Source: an uncultured Opitutales bacterium (GTDB taxonomy: Bacteria; Verrucomicrobiota; Verrucomicrobiia; Opitutales; JAIRKQ01). Taken from it: DNA of 64,000 bases. The position numbers and the translations under genes were made by a program. The stretch spans positions 7,139-71,138 of the forward strand of contig CAZOAG010000002.1 in NCBI GenBank assembly GCA_964577805.1, read 5' to 3'. The notes beneath the pieces are model-generated. The model worked only from the letters and a program-made list of their open reading frames with translations, searched no databases and was not told where the DNA came from. Of this stretch, positions 61,816-64,000 are shown piece after piece; within the stretch, counting starts at the first letter, position 1; each line of letters starts with the position of its first letter.

Positions 61816-61863
61816 CAATTGCCTGCTCACGACAGTGAGTGGGCAGTTGTCGTTTTATATTTT
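61816..61863 (+). terminator. strong orphan rho-independent terminator
   Basis: 15-bp stem caattgcctgctcac / gtgagtgggcagttg (3 G-U pairs), GACA loop, then TCGTTTTATATTTT. It lies ~155 nt beyond the nearest upstream stop codon. Confidence 0.65.
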
Positions 61864-62297
61864 GTGGATAGCACGGTGGTTCTAGGTTGGTTGATCGTAG
61901 TTTGGTGTGACTCAACAATTTATGTTTGTGGGATTAGAAATGTTGCTTTTAGCATTTGGAGACACGAATGAAAGTTGTATCGGAAGCATTAATTGATGCA
62001 GCAGTTGGTTTTGTGGAATATGCAAATCCTTAGTTTGTCGATTGCGTAAATTTTGGTCAAATTATCTAATTTGATTCTAAAAAATATCGATTACATGGAA
62101 GAGTGTTGAGATTATTGAAATGAACCAGCGATAAATTGTATTATATACTATATATAACATTATTGAGATATTGTTGAAGATGCTGCCATGTTACTGTATG
62201 GACTTAAATTTTTGTAATAGTGTACACGTAGCATACTAGCTATATGAAATTATAATTGCAATGATTGGTAATATTACGAAACTCGCATATCCGTTGT

Positions 62298-63287
62298 ATG
62301 GTGCCTTCATTAAGTGAGTTGAATATAGCTATTCGAGAAAATTTTAATTGGATAGAGTTGTTAAGAACGAATATCGGGCATGTTATCATTGGTCAGCGAT
62401 ATATGGTGGATCGTATGTTGGTCGGACTGTTGACCGGTGGGCATGTTCTGTTGGAAGGGGTGCCAGGGCTCGGAAAAACATTAGCGATAAAGACATTGGC
62501 GATGTCAATGGATGCAATGTTTAAACGTATACAATTTACTCCAGATATGCTGTCATCTGATATCATCGGTATGCAGATATATAATCAGAAGACAGGAGAG
62601 TTTTCTGTACAGAAGGGACCAGTGTTCGCCAATATTATTTTAGCAGATGAAATCAATCGTGCACCAGCAAAAGTACAAAGTGCATTATTAGAGTGTATGC
62701 AAGAACATCATATAACCATCGCTGGGATGACATATGATTTGCCAGAGTTTTTTTCTGTTTTTGCTACAGAAAATCCTATTGATCATGAAGGTACGTATCC
62801 ATTGCCAGAATCTCAAATCGACAGGTTTTTATTAAAGTTGAAAATAGAATATCCGTCAAAATTAGAAGAAATTGATATCGTTCGAAATGCTATGAATGGT
62901 GTTCAAGAAAGTGATGTAAAACAAGTTATTACAATGGATGTCATTTTGAAAGCACGGCAATTGGTAAATGCAATTTATATCGATGAAAAAATACAGGAAT
63001 ATATTGTTGATATTGTTACAGCTACTCGTGAGCCAGATGCATATAAATTGGATATTTCACAATATATACAGTATGGAGCATCACCGCGTGCGACTGTGGC
63101 TTTAGCAGCTGCAGCACGAGCATGGGCATTTTTGCAAGGTCGTGGATATGTTACTCCGCAAGATGTTAAGTCAATTGGGGTGGATGTTCTTCGACATCGT
63201 ATTATTACATCATATTTAGCCGATGCAGAAAATATTGCAGGTGAAGTCTTGGCTGCAAGAATTATTAATACTATACGTGTTCCATGA
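62298..63287 (+). CDS. moxR: MoxR-family AAA+ ATPase
   Basis: Walker A LLEGVPGLGKT, Walker B ILADEINRAPAKVQSALLECMQE, and a C-terminal GASPRA motif. Start taken at ATG 62298. Confidence 0.88.
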   Translation: MVPSLSELNIAIRENFNWIELLRTNIGHVIIGQRYMVDRMLVGLLTGGHVLLEGVPGLGKTLAIKTLAMSMDAMFKRIQFTPDMLSSDIIGMQIYNQKTGEFSVQKGPVFANIILADEINRAPAKVQSALLECMQEHHITIAGMTYDLPEFFSVFATENPIDHEGTYPLPESQIDRFLLKLKIEYPSKLEEIDIVRNAMNGVQESDVKQVITMDVILKARQLVNAIYIDEKIQEYIVDIVTATREPDAYKLDISQYIQYGASPRATVALAAAARAWAFLQGRGYVTPQDVKSIGVDVLRHRIITSYLADAENIAGEVLAARIINTIRVP

Positions 63288-63644
63288 TGTCACTGATTGA
63301 TACATTACCAAATTTAGTATGCTTGTATTTATAATGCTTAGCATGGATCGGTTATTTGGGTATTTGTAATGTTAACTGATTCGATGTTCAAATTATTATG
63401 ATGAGTAGGCTCAAACGATGTTAAATAGATTTTTATATAATCATTGTCTTATACATTTTTTATAAAAATTTATGTTAGCATGCTGTAAAAGCATCGAAAA
63501 ACATGCCAGAACTATGATTTTATGCGGGTTTGTTGGTGAATTTTAATAAAAAACACTTGCTTTTTATATATGTGTTATAAGGATGTACACTAGGTATTGG
63601 CGATTGGGCGAATATTAACTGAAACGGCACAAGGAGTCGAATAA

Positions 63645-63923
63645 ATGAATAAAGCAGAATTAATTGATGAAATCAGACGGTTGAGCGGTGATGAATGTTC
63701 AAAAGCATGTGCAGAACGTGCTTTAAATTTTGTGTTGGAAGCGATCATGAACGGTCTGAAAAAGGACAAAAGTGTACAATTGATCGGATTTGGAACATTT
63801 TCTGTAGCAGAGCGTGCAGCACGTACAGGTGTAAATCCAAAGACCAAAGCAAAGATTCAAATACCTGCTTCACAAACTGTAAAGTTTAAAGTTGGTAGCA
63901 AATTCAAAGATTTGATCGCATAA
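63645..63923 (+). CDS. hup: HU/IHF-family DNA-binding protein
   Basis: MNKAELIDEI..., GFGTFSVAERAARTGVNPKTKAKIQIPASQTVKFKVG. SD AAGGAG 8 nt upstream. 92 aa. Confidence 0.92.
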   Translation: MNKAELIDEIRRLSGDECSKACAERALNFVLEAIMNGLKKDKSVQLIGFGTFSVAERAARTGVNPKTKAKIQIPASQTVKFKVGSKFKDLIA

Positions 63924-64000
63924 GCAGCAAATCTTTGAACAAAATCATAGGCATGTTACATTATGCCAATATTGTTGATTTGCGATGCTCTGCTTGTTGA

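Noticed and set aside
63903-63940. 12-bp inverted repeat (ttcaaagatttg / caaatctttgaa) spanning the hup stop codon, considered as a terminator.
   Set aside because: No T-run follows the hairpin. It may still stabilise the mRNA, but it does not meet the intrinsic-terminator pattern.

Overview
AT-rich, gene-dense bacterial chromosome segment. All calls come from reading the ORF translations and the DNA by eye; no searches were run. The gene content points to a host-associated member of the PVC superphylum (chlamydia-like). Evidence: the mraY-murD-LysM lipoprotein-ftsW order, a UhpC hexose-phosphate antiporter with GlgC and Pgi, dispersed type III secretion (T3SS) parts, a CofE-like gene beside the folate genes, and a PVC-style pseudopilin. 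Housekeeping genes make up most of the window: cell wall and division (mraY, murD, ftsW, rodA, ftsK, lpxK), chaperones (dnaK-groES-groEL), glycolysis (pgk, tpiA, pgi), a complete-looking folate/thymidylate block (folE-folP-folB-folK, CofE-like ligase, thyA-folA), glyQS, truA, ftsY, birA, psd, RNase G/E, MoxR and HU. The most interesting part is an accessory block at about 21.8-32.3 kb. It runs tRNA-Leu, two hydrophobic Inc-like proteins, glyQS, a CesT-like chaperone translationally coupled to an orphan SctC secretin, tRNA-Tyr, and a 790-aa putative effector with a C-terminal OTU-like Cys/His protease signature. Other points worth a second look: (1) a degenerate ~340-bp repeat family that fills the longest non-coding regions (31.8-32.3, 35.1-36.3, 55.5-56.0 and 61.7-61.9 kb); (2) a perfect (GACCGA)x11 microsatellite; (3) a self-contained mini-gene (promoter, strong SD, 12-codon Cys/Gly-rich ORF, terminator) upstream of a second T3S chaperone; (4) a dense DnaA-box cluster (candidate oriC) between ftsY and birA; (5) scattered secretin, pseudopilin and short GspE-like ATPase genes; (6) tandem outer-membrane beta-barrel paralogs; (7) a bS22-like mini ribosomal protein. 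I saw no rRNA, CRISPR array, transposase or integrase.
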